Shown here: positions 47,971 to 57,668 of the stretch, piece after piece
Position numbering within the stretch: the first letter of the stretch is position 1
How the letters are laid out: every line of letters begins with the position of its first letter
DNA from: Armatimonadota bacterium
Lineage (GTDB): Bacteria; Armatimonadota; SYMT01
Direction of reading: 5' to 3'
DNA length: 64,000 nt
Assembly: GCA_046292385.1 (NCBI GenBank)
Contig: JBKBRF010000011.1
Span: 1-64,000 of the forward strand
Program-made: the position numbers and the translations under genes
Notes under the pieces: generated by a model
What the model was told of the DNA's origin: nothing
What the model saw: only the letters and a program-made list of their open reading frames with translations
Databases searched by the model: none

Positions 47971-50856
47971 ATGCGTCATCTCACCCTGATTTCCGCCCTG
48001 CTGCTCGGCGCCGTGGGCACCGCGGCCCTGGCGGCGCAGCCCGCCCGCTCTGCTCGGAAGGGAGCTGCCTCGATGGTTCCGGTCCACCTGCGCTGCGAGT
48101 ACCTGGTCGATCCGACGGCGGTGGAGGCGCGCGCGCCCCGGCTGAGCTGGCGCTTCGACTCGCCGGAGCGGGGTCAGCGCCAGACCGCGATGCGGGTGCT
48201 GGTGGCGAGCAGCCGCGAGAGGCTGGACCGCGACCAGGGCGACCTGTGGGACAGCGGCAAGGTGGCGAGCGACGTCTCCACGGGGGTGGCGTACGGCGGC
48301 CGCCCGCTTTCGTCACGGCAGCAGGCGTTCTGGAAGGTGCGCGCGTGGGACGCCGCCGGGAAGGCGACCCCCTGGAGCGAGACGGCGGAGTGGACCGCGG
48401 GGCTGCTGAAGAAGGGCGACTGGACGGCCGACTGGATCAGCTTTCGGGACACCAGCCCGGTCCACCAGAGTCGGGAGAAGCTGCACCTGCCGCCGGCCCG
48501 GTACTACCGGAAGGAGTTCCAGGCGCCGCGCGCGGTGAAGCGGGCGGTCCTCTACGCCTCGGCCCTCGGCCTGGTGGAGCTGCGCCTCAACGGGAAGCCG
48601 GTGAGTGACGAGGCGTTCGCGCCGGGGTGGTCGGACTATAAGCGGCGCGCCTACTACCGCGCCTACGACGTGACGAAGCAGCTCGGCCGCGGCGCGAACG
48701 CCCTGGGGGCGGTGCTGGCGGACGGCTGGTACAGCGGCTACCTGGGGTACGGGCTGCTGGTCGGCTACGGCCCCTATCGCACCGGGCGCAGCTTCTACGG
48801 CAAGACCCCGGCGCTCCTGGCGCAGCTCGAGATCGAGTACACCGACGGCTCCCGGCAGACCGTGGGCACGAGCCCTGAGTGGAAGACGACCGACCGCACC
48901 CCCGTCCGCGAGGCCGACATGCTGATGGGCGAAAGCTACGACGCCCGGATGGAGCTGCCCGGCTGGGACCGCGCCGGCTTCGACGCGTCCGGTTGGGAGC
49001 CGGCGGTCCGCGCGGAGGAGAACGGCAGCGTGAAGGCGCCCTACGCCGACTCGGCCGGTCAGCGGGAGATCGAGCTCGGCTTCGTGGAGCCGCCGGTGCT
49101 GCAGGCCTACTCCGGCGTGCCGGTGCGCGTGACGCAGACCCTCAAGCCGGTGCGCAAGACGCAGCCGGCACCGGGGACCTACATCTTCGACATGGGCCAG
49201 AACTTCTCCGGCGTGGTCCGCCTGCGGGTGAAGGGCCCGGCCGGCACCTCTGTCCGCCTGCGGTTCGGCGAGATGCTCCACCCGGACGGCCGCCTGATGA
49301 CGGAGAACCTGCGCCGCGCCCGCGCGACCGACACCTACGTGCTGCGCGGCGACCCGAACGGCGAGGAGTGGGAGCCGCGCTTCACCTACCACGGCTTCCA
49401 GTTCGTGGAGGTGACCGGCTACCCGGGCGAGCCGGGGATGGATGCGGTGACTGGCCTGGTGCTCCACTCCGATACGCCGCTCACCAGCTCATTCGAGTGC
49501 TCCGACCCGATGCTGAACCGCTTCTTCCAGAACGTGGTGTGGACGCAGCGCGCCAACTTCTTCGAGGTGCCGACCGACTGCCCGCAGCGGGACGAGCGCC
49601 TCGGCTGGATGGGCGACGCGCAGGTCTACGCCCGGGCCGCCACCTACCACGCCGACGTCGCCTCCTTCTTCACCAAGTGGATGGATGACGTGGAGGAGTC
49701 GCAGCTTCCGAACGGCGCCTACCCGGACTACGCGCCCTATCCGATGTTCCACGGCGGCCCGGAAGGCTACGGCACCGCCTGGACCGACGCGGGCGTGATC
49801 TGCACCTACACGATCCACCAGGTCTATGGGGATCACGAGATCGTCCGCCGCCACTGGGACTCGATGAAGAAGTTCCTGGAGTTCCGCGCCCGGCGCAGCC
49901 CGGACCGGCGCGGCGTCTCCAAGGGGAACACCTGGGGCGACTGGCTCTCCCTGGGCGAGACGACGCCGATCGAGCTGGTCGACGCCGCCTACTTCGCCTA
50001 CAGCGCCCAGCTGATGGCGCGGATGGCGCCGCACGCGAACGGGGGTAAAGACCTGCAGCGCTGCCGCGACCTGGCCGAAGAGGTGACGGAGCGATTCCAG
50101 GAAGACTACGTCCGCGCGGACGGCACGCTGAAAGTCGACACCCAGACCGCCTACGTGCTGGCGCTCGCCTTCGACCTGATCCCGGCGCACCTCCGCGCCC
50201 GCAGCGCCGCCCGGCTGGCGCAGAAGATCGAGGAGAACGGCTTCCGGATGGCGACCGGCTTCCTGGGGACGCGGTCGCTGCTGCCGGTCCTCACCGCCAC
50301 CGGCCACCACGACCTGGCCGTGCGCCTGATGCAGAGCCGCCAGTTCCCCTCCTGGGGCTACGAGGTGGAGAACGGCGCCACCAGCGTGTGGGAGCGGTGG
50401 AACAGCTACACCAAGGAGAAGGGCTTCGGCGACGCCGGGATGAACTCGTTCAGCCACTACGCCTTCGGCGCGGTGAGCGAGTGGATGTTCCAATCGCTCG
50501 CCGGGATCGACACCTCCGGTCTCGGCTACAAGCAGCTCCTCCTCCGTCCCGGCCCGCCCGCGCCGGGCAGCAATCCGGACCACGAGCCGGTGAGCTGGGT
50601 AAAGGCGGAGTACGACTCGCTCCACGGCAAGATCCGGAGCCACTGGCGCCGCACCCCGGACGCCTTCGAGCTGGAGGTCACCGTCCCCGCCAACACCACC
50701 GCCGTGCTGCACCTCCCCGCCGTCGGCGCCGCTACCGTCACGGAAGGCGGCAAGCCGCTGCACCAGGTGAAGGAGATCCGGGTGGGCCGGGAGCTCAGCG
50801 ACCGGATCGAGCTGCGGCTCGGGTCCGGGACCTACCGGTTCCGGTCCCGGCTGTAG
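47971..50856 (+). CDS. Secreted GH78 alpha-L-rhamnosidase
   Basis: Signal peptide; FDMGQNFSG, FTYHGFQF, PTDCPQRDERLGWMGD, GATSVWERW, MNSFSHYAFG. Confidence 0.95.
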   Translation: MRHLTLISALLLGAVGTAALAAQPARSARKGAASMVPVHLRCEYLVDPTAVEARAPRLSWRFDSPERGQRQTAMRVLVASSRERLDRDQGDLWDSGKVASDVSTGVAYGGRPLSSRQQAFWKVRAWDAAGKATPWSETAEWTAGLLKKGDWTADWISFRDTSPVHQSREKLHLPPARYYRKEFQAPRAVKRAVLYASALGLVELRLNGKPVSDEAFAPGWSDYKRRAYYRAYDVTKQLGRGANALGAVLADGWYSGYLGYGLLVGYGPYRTGRSFYGKTPALLAQLEIEYTDGSRQTVGTSPEWKTTDRTPVREADMLMGESYDARMELPGWDRAGFDASGWEPAVRAEENGSVKAPYADSAGQREIELGFVEPPVLQAYSGVPVRVTQTLKPVRKTQPAPGTYIFDMGQNFSGVVRLRVKGPAGTSVRLRFGEMLHPDGRLMTENLRRARATDTYVLRGDPNGEEWEPRFTYHGFQFVEVTGYPGEPGMDAVTGLVLHSDTPLTSSFECSDPMLNRFFQNVVWTQRANFFEVPTDCPQRDERLGWMGDAQVYARAATYHADVASFFTKWMDDVEESQLPNGAYPDYAPYPMFHGGPEGYGTAWTDAGVICTYTIHQVYGDHEIVRRHWDSMKKFLEFRARRSPDRRGVSKGNTWGDWLSLGETTPIELVDAAYFAYSAQLMARMAPHANGGKDLQRCRDLAEEVTERFQEDYVRADGTLKVDTQTAYVLALAFDLIPAHLRARSAARLAQKIEENGFRMATGFLGTRSLLPVLTATGHHDLAVRLMQSRQFPSWGYEVENGATSVWERWNSYTKEKGFGDAGMNSFSHYAFGAVSEWMFQSLAGIDTSGLGYKQLLLRPGPPAPGSNPDHEPVSWVKAEYDSLHGKIRSHWRRTPDAFELEVTVPANTTAVLHLPAVGAATVTEGGKPLHQVKEIRVGRELSDRIELRLGSGTYRFRSRL

Positions 50857-50944
50857 CGGGGCGATTGCCCGGGAGTCATTCCGTGGTTGTGAGGCGGTCG
50901 TGGGTGCGTGGTTCAAGCGAGCGGCCTGCCGCGTCCGCGCGGGC

Positions 50945-51080
50945 CGCGAGGGAATGAATTTCCTCGCTCTTAGGCCTGCGGCCACGCGTCCTCCGGACGC
51001 CCGATGAGCGGTCGCTGCTGCCGCTCGTCCGGAGGACGATTAGCCGAAGGCTGCCCAGCGAGGGAATTCATTCCCTCGTG
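50945..51080. repeat. REP-like cluster (GCGAGGGAATTCATTCCCTCG family)
   Basis: Two related palindromes near 50947 and 51058; 30-bp identity to 21682-21711. Confidence 0.7.
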
Positions 51081-51117
51081 CCGTCGGGCGCCGCGGATTG
51101 CCGGACAACGCAAGCGA

Positions 51118-51196
51118 GGCCGCCGGAGATCTGCTCTCCGCCGGCTCCGCTTGTCTCACCCAGCGCCCGCGCCTACCGGCGTGTGGGCGTGAGCGC
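51118..51196. repeat. Degenerate duplicate of the 3' end and terminator of the sugar dehydrogenase gene
   Basis: 51118-51148 matches 52015-52045 at 28/31; 51173-51196 reads ALTPTRR* versus RVTHTRR* at 52071-52094, at essentially the same offset. Confidence 0.7.
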
Positions 51197-51798
51197 TAAG
51201 AGCTGATCAGGCAGTCTTCCAAGGAGTAGGCCGTCACCACCGGACCCGGGCCTTCACCGGCCACTCCGCGGCTGTTGTTGGAGAGCTGGACGCACGCGCT
51301 GGGGCCGACTCGCCGTGCCGCCTCTCGCGCGGCCTGAACCGCGGGCAGCAGCAGGGCCACCAGCACGAAGCAGATCTCCGCCGGGCCGTCCCCGGTCAGG
51401 TCCCCGACCGCTACGTGGAGCTCCTGATCCTCGCGGATCAGCCAGAGCGAGCCGTCCACAAGCCGGCGGAACGTGATCTTCACGCCCTCACCGGGGCCGA
51501 GCGTGTCCTCAAACGTGGCGAGCAGATGACGGGGGAGTAGCCTGCCCTGGAACACGTAGGTCCCGCGCGACCTGTTCCGCGCCAGCGAGCCCGGTCCGCC
51601 CGCCGACTCTTCCGGTACAGGGTTGAAGTAGCTGAAGGTGAGCGACTGGCCCGGCATGATGATGCACGGACCGCACGCGCCCAGGTACTGCGGGCGCTTC
51701 ACCGCCGCCGCGGCCGGGTCACCGGCTGCCGCCACCACCGCCGCGCCCGCCAGTACCGCCGGCAGCACCGCGCGCCGGGAAATCGAATCGTCTGCCAT
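51196..51798 (-). CDS. Tat-exported hypothetical protein carrying FG-GAP-like, prepilin-like and Hcp-like short motifs
   Basis: GAGGAGG RBS; SRRAVL Tat signal; VAVGDLTGDG, VLVALLLPAVQAAREAARR, YSLEDCLISS. Confidence 0.8.
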   Translation of the reverse strand: MADDSISRRAVLPAVLAGAAVVAAAGDPAAAAVKRPQYLGACGPCIIMPGQSLTFSYFNPVPEESAGGPGSLARNRSRGTYVFQGRLLPRHLLATFEDTLGPGEGVKITFRRLVDGSLWLIREDQELHVAVGDLTGDGPAEICFVLVALLLPAVQAAREAARRVGPSACVQLSNNSRGVAGEGPGPVVTAYSLEDCLISS

Positions 51799-52012
51799 CG
51801 AACGAGCCCTCCTCAATCCGCCGCTCCCGGGACGGGAGCCGGCGCCGACTGAACGGGAGGCGGACCCGAGTGCGCGCGGTGACTTGCCTCACGGCGCACT
51901 TTCGGCCTAAATCGCCCGACGTTCTCTTGCATCATGCCGCGTGCAGTGCTTGCTGTCTAGCCCTTCAACCAAAGAAACACTTCGGCACCCTCGAGACGAG
52001 CAGAAATGATTC

Positions 52013-52045
52013 GGGGCCGCCGGAGATCTTCTCTCCGGCGGCCCC
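52013..52045. terminator. GC-rich hairpin terminator downstream of the sugar dehydrogenase
   Basis: ggggccgccggaga-tcttc-tctccggcggcccc, perfect 14-bp stem. Confidence 0.7.
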
Positions 52046-52070
52046 TTCCTAACCGAAACGGGCGCGGTTG

Positions 52071-53405
52071 CTAGCGCCGGGTGTGCGTGACGCGCCAGAC
52101 CACGTTGCCGCCGTCGTCCGTGACGAAGAGGCTGCCGCTGCGGCCCGTGGTGACGCCGACCGGCCGGCCCCACACGTCCCCCTCCGGCGTGACGAAGCCG
52201 GTCATGAAGTCCTCGTAGACGCCGCTCGCCTTGCCGTTCTCCACCGGCACGCGGATCACTTTGTACCCGGTGCGGCGGGCGCGGTTCCAGGAGCCGTGCA
52301 GCGCGGCGAAGGCGTGGTTGCGGTACTCCCGCGGGAATTGATCGCCGGTGTAGAAGGCCATGTCGAGCGAGGCGGAGTGGCTCTGGAGCAGCACGTCCGG
52401 CACGATCACTTTGTCCTTCAGCTCCGGCCGCTTGCCCGGGTGGCGCGGGTCCTGATTGGGGCCGATGTAGTACCACGGCCAGCCGTAGAAGCCGCCGTCG
52501 CGCACGCGCGTGATGTAGTCCGGCACCAGGTGGTCGCCCAGCTCGTCGCGCTCGTTGACGGAGGTCCAGATGTCGCCGGTGGTCGGGTGGATCGCCAGGC
52601 CGACCGGGTTCCGGATGCCGGAGGCGTAGAGGCGGTAGCCGGTGCCGTCCGGGTTGTACTCCAGGATCGAGGCGCGCCGGTCCTCGCGGGCATCGTCGCT
52701 CACGTTGGAGAGGGAGCCGACCGAGACGTAGAGCTTCTTGCCGTCTTTGGAGAAGGCGAGGTCGCGCGTCCAATGCCCGCCGCCCCGCAGCCGCCCGTGG
52801 CCCGGGATGTCCGGCACCACCATCTCCGCCGCGCCGCGCGCCTGGGTGTCGCCGTTCCGGTAGGGGATGCGGACCACCGAGTCGGTGTTGCCCACGTAGA
52901 GCCACTCCGGGTTCCGGCTCGTCGGGTAGAAGGCGATCCCGAACGGCAGCGTCAGGCCGGTAGCGAAGACCTGGTTCAGCTCCGGCTTGCCGTCGTTATC
53001 GGCATCGCGCAGGATCCGGAGCCGGCCGGGACGGCTCTCCGCGACGAATAGGTCGCCGTTCGGCGCGGTGACGATGACCCGGGGGTTGTCTAGACCGGAC
53101 GCGAACAGCTCCGCCTGGAAGCCCTCCGGAACCTTCGGCAGGGCGCCTTCGGGGCGCCGCACCATCCGCGGGCCGTTATCGACAGAGGGGGTGTCGTACG
53201 GCTTGGGAAGGTCGGCGAGAGTGAGCTTGCGGCGCACGCCGGGCGCGTCGGTGGTCCAGTCGCCCAGCGCCGCCTCGCCGGTCAGCACCGGACGCTCGCG
53301 GCTGCCCTGCGCCACGCCGGGCTGGGTGAAGAGGGCGCACGCTCCCGCGGCGGCGGCCAGGGGGATGAGAAAAGCTGCCTGTTTCAGACGGCTAGCACGA
53401 TTCAT
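52071..53405 (-). CDS. PQQ-dependent glucose/sorbosone dehydrogenase family protein
   Basis: Signal peptide; GLDNPR, PFGIAFYP, GIRNPVGLA, VNERDELGD, HGSWNR, WGRPVGV. Confidence 0.92.
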   Translation of the reverse strand: MNRASRLKQAAFLIPLAAAAGACALFTQPGVAQGSRERPVLTGEAALGDWTTDAPGVRRKLTLADLPKPYDTPSVDNGPRMVRRPEGALPKVPEGFQAELFASGLDNPRVIVTAPNGDLFVAESRPGRLRILRDADNDGKPELNQVFATGLTLPFGIAFYPTSRNPEWLYVGNTDSVVRIPYRNGDTQARGAAEMVVPDIPGHGRLRGGGHWTRDLAFSKDGKKLYVSVGSLSNVSDDAREDRRASILEYNPDGTGYRLYASGIRNPVGLAIHPTTGDIWTSVNERDELGDHLVPDYITRVRDGGFYGWPWYYIGPNQDPRHPGKRPELKDKVIVPDVLLQSHSASLDMAFYTGDQFPREYRNHAFAALHGSWNRARRTGYKVIRVPVENGKASGVYEDFMTGFVTPEGDVWGRPVGVTTGRSGSLFVTDDGGNVVWRVTHTRR

Positions 53406-53535
53406 ACGAGTGAATGCCTCCTGCACCAACTTATCCGAGATGGGGGCGGGAGTCGACCTTAGTCGGGCCCGCGGATTGCTCGGGTTCTTGTCGACCGGCT
53501 GGGTCGATCCCGGCGCTACGACCCCGTGCCCTTGT

Positions 53536-53731
53536 GCCGGGAGGCAGCCCTCCCGCGACGGGGGCCCTCCGCCGGCCCTTTCACACTCCGCTTCGCTCCG
53601 CTAGCGGGCCGCTCCGGGAGTGCGCGCCGATTCGCTCTTCCCGCGCCACCGTGCCCTACCGTATCTAAAGCGCGGTTCACGGGCTGCCTCCCGGCCCTTC
53701 GAGCAAACTCCCCTGGGCCCAGGGGAGTTCA
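53536..53731. repeat. MITE/REP-like stem-loop region
   Basis: 15-bp inverted arms gccgggaggcagccc (53536) / gggctgcctcccggc (53681), followed by the palindrome aactcccctgggcccaggggagtt. Confidence 0.55.
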
Positions 53732-53979
53732 CAAGTGGCGCCCTGCGGGCGCCTCGGTTTCTGGCTTCTACCGAGTCGGCGTGTCCTCTCACTCGACGCT
53801 GGCGCCATGGGCGGGAGCGCATCCGCGGAGCGAGCGTCTGCCTTCGGATCGGCGGCGAGGAGTCCGCCGGCGTAGAGCCGAACAGCACTCGGTCCCCGTC
53901 GGCAGGGCTGCGAGCGAACGAGAGGGTCGCGCGCCCTCCTCTTTCATCTCCCCTCTCCCCTCTTCTAATCTTGGACGGT

Positions 53980-55020
53980 ATGGAGCTACTGAAGGAGCTG
54001 TGTGAGGCGGCCGGTATCCCCGGCCGGGAAGAGCGCCTGCGTGCCATCGTGCGGCGGGAGCTGGAGCCGCTGGTGGACGAGCTCCGGGTCGACGCACTCG
54101 GCAACCTGATCGCGGTGCGGCGAGGAAGCAGCGGAAAGAAGCTGGCGATCGCGGCGCACATGGACGAGATCGGGTTCCTGGTCACCTACATCGAGGAAGA
54201 GAGCGGCTTCCTGCGGCTAAATCCGGTGGGCGGGCACGACCCCCGCAACATGGTGGCGCAGCGGGTGAAGGTGGTCGGAAAGCAGGATCTCCCCGGCGTC
54301 CTCTACCCCGGCCAGAAGCCGCCGCACCTGCTGGACGGCGAGGACAAGAACAAGACCGCGAAGGTCTCGGAGTTCTTCGTCGATCTCGGCCTGCCGGTGA
54401 AAGAGGTGCGGGAGCTGGTGCCGATCGGCTCCATGGTGGTGATCGACCGCCCCTTTGCGGAGATCGGCCACTGCGTGAGCTGCAAGGCGATGGACAACCG
54501 CGTCTCGGTCTTCGTGATGATCGAGGCGCTCCGAAAGGCGAAGCGCTCCGGGTTCGAGGTCTACGCGCTGGCGACGGTGCAGGAGGAGGTCGGCCTGCGG
54601 GGCGTCCTCACCGCCACCTACGCGGTCGAGCCGGACGTGGCGCTGGCACTCGACATCACCATCGCGGCGGATATCCCCGGGGTGCCGGAGCACGAGCGCG
54701 TGACCTGTGTCGGTAACGGCACCGCGATCAAGATCATGGACTCCGCCAGCATCTCCAACGCGAGGATGGTGGAAGTACTGCGCGAACTGGCGCTGCGGCG
54801 CGAGATCCCGCACCAGATGGAGATCCTGCCCCGGGGCGGCACCGACGCCGGCGGCATGCAGCGCGTCCGAGCGGGAGCGCCCGCCTGCACCGTCTCGATC
54901 CCCGCCCGCTACGTCCACACCTCGATCGAGCTCTGCGCGAAGCGCGACATCGAGGCGACGATCGATCTGGTCGCCGCTTTCATCGAAGAGGGACACGGGC
55001 ACGACTACCTTCCCCGGTGA
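53980..55020 (+). CDS. M42 family metallopeptidase (TET-like aminopeptidase)
   Basis: AAHMDEIG, KAMDNR, TVQEEVGLRG, GGTDAG, RYVHT. Confidence 0.95.
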   Translation: MELLKELCEAAGIPGREERLRAIVRRELEPLVDELRVDALGNLIAVRRGSSGKKLAIAAHMDEIGFLVTYIEEESGFLRLNPVGGHDPRNMVAQRVKVVGKQDLPGVLYPGQKPPHLLDGEDKNKTAKVSEFFVDLGLPVKEVRELVPIGSMVVIDRPFAEIGHCVSCKAMDNRVSVFVMIEALRKAKRSGFEVYALATVQEEVGLRGVLTATYAVEPDVALALDITIAADIPGVPEHERVTCVGNGTAIKIMDSASISNARMVEVLRELALRREIPHQMEILPRGGTDAGGMQRVRAGAPACTVSIPARYVHTSIELCAKRDIEATIDLVAAFIEEGHGHDYLPR

Positions 55021-55061
55021 GTGGGGCTGTCTCCGTTAAGCTGGGCGCGTTCTCGGGGCGG

Positions 55062-55214
55062 ACGTATTCCGTATCGCGTATTCCGTAGCGGCGTGCCTGC
55101 TCGTGAATCCGGCCACGTCGTGCCGGGCGGCATGCTCTCCTGGCACTCCGCCCGGCAGGATGCCCCGCAAAGCGGTACCGGCACGCCGCTACGGAATACG
55201 CAATACGAGATACG
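55062..55214. repeat. Long inverted repeat with (CGTATTC)n heptamer ends
   Basis: 22-bp perfect arms at 55076-55097 and 55180-55201 plus flanking heptamers. Confidence 0.75.
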
Positions 55215-55259
55215 CCACAGGCACACCAACTCTCCGTAGTCAGGCAAAGCGTTGCAACT

Positions 55260-56417
55260 ATGAAAATCACCAACGTAAACACCCACGTCGTCGGCAATCC
55301 GTGGAAGAACTGGGTCTTCGTGACGGTGGAGACCGACGAGGGGATCACCGGGGTCGGCGAGGGGACGGTCAACTGCTTCGGCAGGACCACCGAGCAGGCG
55401 ATCCTGGAGCTCTCCCACCACGTCATCGGCATGGACCCGTTCCAGACCGAGATGGTCCACCAGAAGCTGGTGCGGGACGTCTACTCCGAAGGCGGGCAGG
55501 TCCACCGCAGCGCGGCGTGCGCGCTGGAGGTCGCCTGCTGGGACATCATCGGCAAGGCGCTGAACCAGCCGATCTACAACCTCCTGGGCGGTCGCTGCCA
55601 TCAGAAGGTTCGAGCCTACGCCAACGGCTGGTATCGGGGCGAGCGGACGCCGGAGATGTTCTACGAGCAGGCGAAGGCGGTGGCGGAGGCCGGCTACACG
55701 GCGCTGAAGTTCGACCCGTTCGGCGCGGAGTGGCGGATCATGGACCGCTACGAGGAAGACCTCTCGCTCGACATCATCGTTGCCGTCCGGGACGCAGTGG
55801 GGCCGAAGGTCGATATCTTCGTCGAAGGGCACAACCGCTTCAGCCCCGCCATCGCGCTGAAGTTCGCCGAGCGGATGGCGCCGTACCAGCCCTCCTGGTT
55901 CGAGGAGCCGGTGGCGCACCAGCACATCGGCGCGCTGGTGGAGGTGGCCCGCAACAGCCCGGTGCCGGTGGCGACCGGCGAGAGCCTCACCAGCACTCAC
56001 CAGTTCGCGGAGCTGCTCAGCTACAACGCGGTCAGCATCCTGCAGCCGGAGATCCACCACCTCGGCGGACTGCTGCCGGCGAAGAAGGTGTGCGGGATGG
56101 TCGACGCCTTCTACGGGGTCGTGGCGCCGCACAACGCGCAGGGACCCGTCTCCACGGCGATGTGCCTGCAGCTCGCCGCCTGCACGCCCAACTTCTACGT
56201 GCAGGAGATCTTCGACGAGTACAACGTGGCCTGGGAGCAGGACCTGGTCGACTTCCCCTGCCACGTCAAGGACGGCTGGATCGAGATCCCGGAGCGGCCC
56301 GGCCTCGGCGTGGAGCTGAACCTGGACGAGTGCGCGAAGCACCCGTACGAGCGTGCCTACTTCCTGCCGCTCTTCAAGCCCGGCTGGGAGAAGCGCGAGG
56401 GAACCGTCGAGCCGTAG
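55260..56417 (+). CDS. Mandelate racemase/enolase superfamily dehydratase (galactonate dehydratase-like)
   Basis: ETDEGITGVGE, WDIIGKALNQPIYNLLGG, KFDPF, FEEP, ATGE, APHN, PGLG. Confidence 0.92.
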   Translation: MKITNVNTHVVGNPWKNWVFVTVETDEGITGVGEGTVNCFGRTTEQAILELSHHVIGMDPFQTEMVHQKLVRDVYSEGGQVHRSAACALEVACWDIIGKALNQPIYNLLGGRCHQKVRAYANGWYRGERTPEMFYEQAKAVAEAGYTALKFDPFGAEWRIMDRYEEDLSLDIIVAVRDAVGPKVDIFVEGHNRFSPAIALKFAERMAPYQPSWFEEPVAHQHIGALVEVARNSPVPVATGESLTSTHQFAELLSYNAVSILQPEIHHLGGLLPAKKVCGMVDAFYGVVAPHNAQGPVSTAMCLQLAACTPNFYVQEIFDEYNVAWEQDLVDFPCHVKDGWIEIPERPGLGVELNLDECAKHPYERAYFLPLFKPGWEKREGTVEP

Positions 56418-56460
56418 ACCCCGCTCAGGGGTAGGCAGGAAGTAGCGCCGGCTTTTCGAC

Positions 56461-56516
56461 CGGCAGGTCTGAGCCCGCGCAGGCGGGCTTCGCCCTCTGT
56501 AGCCTCGACTTCAGTC
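56461..56516. repeat. REP-like dispersed element (copy of 28891-28946)
   Basis: 52/56 identity to 28891-28946. Confidence 0.8.
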
Positions 56517-56552
56517 GCAGGCGGGAACCCGGCAGAACTTCTTACCCACCCG

Positions 56553-57668
56553 TTAGGGAAGCCGCCGGACGGCGACCAGCGTGATGTCGTCCGGCGGCTC
56601 CGGGGCCAGCTCCAGCAGCCCGGCCGCCACCTGCTCCACGAGCTGCTGCGGCGGGAGCTGCCGGTGACGCAGGAGACGCTCGGCGAGGCCCGCCTCCTCC
56701 AGGCGGCCTCCGCCGGGCAGCGGGACGTCGGTCGCGCCGTCCGTGTAGCCGAGCAGGAGGTCGCCGGTCTCCAACGTGACACACACCTCTTCGGCGTCCA
56801 GCTCCGGGATCACCCCCAGCGGCATCGCGGTCGGCATGAGCTGCTCGTGCGTGCCGTCTGCCCGGAGCAGGAGCTGGGGATCGTGGCCCGCGCTGGCATA
56901 CCGGAGCTCGCCGGTGGCGCAGTGGAGCAGCCCGTAGAAGACGGTCACGAACAGCTCATCGGGGAAGCGCTCCACCAGCCGGGCGTTGACCTCCGCCAGG
57001 GCGCGGGCCGGGCTTTCGGTGCGCGACGGCGCATGATCCAGCAGGCCGATCAGCACGGCGCCCGCGAGGGCCGCGGGCGGGCCCTTGCCGGAGACGTCGG
57101 CGATGATGATCACCAGGTGCCCGTTCTCGGGAGAGAGCTGCGCGGCGTCCCCGCCGACGATGCGGGCCGGCTTGAGGTAGAGGCCCAGCTCCAGGCCTGG
57201 CACCGGCGGCGGCGGCGACATCAGCAGGTCCTGGAGCTTCCGGGTGTCGTTCAGGTCGTTCTCCAGGCGGCGGTTCACCGCCTCGAGCTCCTCCTTCTGC
57301 TCCAGCACCAACTGCTGCCGGCGGGCCACCGAGGCGCTCCCGTAGGCCACGGCCAGGAATACGACCGTGCTCAGTAGCTCGTTCGCCAGCAGGATCTCCG
57401 GCGAGACCGTAAGGGCGGCCTCCGTGCGCTGAATCCACTCGGTGGTCGCGTTGAGCAGGGTGGCGAGGATCGTCACGGCTAGCGCGCCGCGAAGGCCGGC
57501 GAGAAAGCCCGCGCGGGCGATCGGAAAGATGTAGAACGCGGACGCCACGACCCAAACGCCGCTCCCGTAGTCGACCAGCGCCGCCGCCGCGAGCGGAATC
57601 AACACACTGGCCCACTGACGAACTGCCGAGAACGGCGGTGACGGCGTGCGAGGGGAGGCGGAGTTCAT
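56553..57668 (-). CDS. Membrane-bound PP2C/SpoIIE (RsbU-like) phosphatase
   Basis: About 4 N-terminal TM, coiled coil, VGGD, ADVSGKG, SAGH, YTDG, DDITL. Confidence 0.92.
   Translation of the reverse strand: MNSASPRTPSPPFSAVRQWASVLIPLAAAALVDYGSGVWVVASAFYIFPIARAGFLAGLRGALAVTILATLLNATTEWIQRTEAALTVSPEILLANELLSTVVFLAVAYGSASVARRQQLVLEQKEELEAVNRRLENDLNDTRKLQDLLMSPPPPVPGLELGLYLKPARIVGGDAAQLSPENGHLVIIIADVSGKGPPAALAGAVLIGLLDHAPSRTESPARALAEVNARLVERFPDELFVTVFYGLLHCATGELRYASAGHDPQLLLRADGTHEQLMPTAMPLGVIPELDAEEVCVTLETGDLLLGYTDGATDVPLPGGGRLEEAGLAERLLRHRQLPPQQLVEQVAAGLLELAPEPPDDITLVAVRRLP

Noticed and set aside
51310..51366. Calling the 51196-51798 ORF a type IV pilin or DUF1559 protein
   Set aside because: The motif is internal, and there is no G/FTLIE cleavage site or downstream DUF1559 domain; reported as a mosaic instead.
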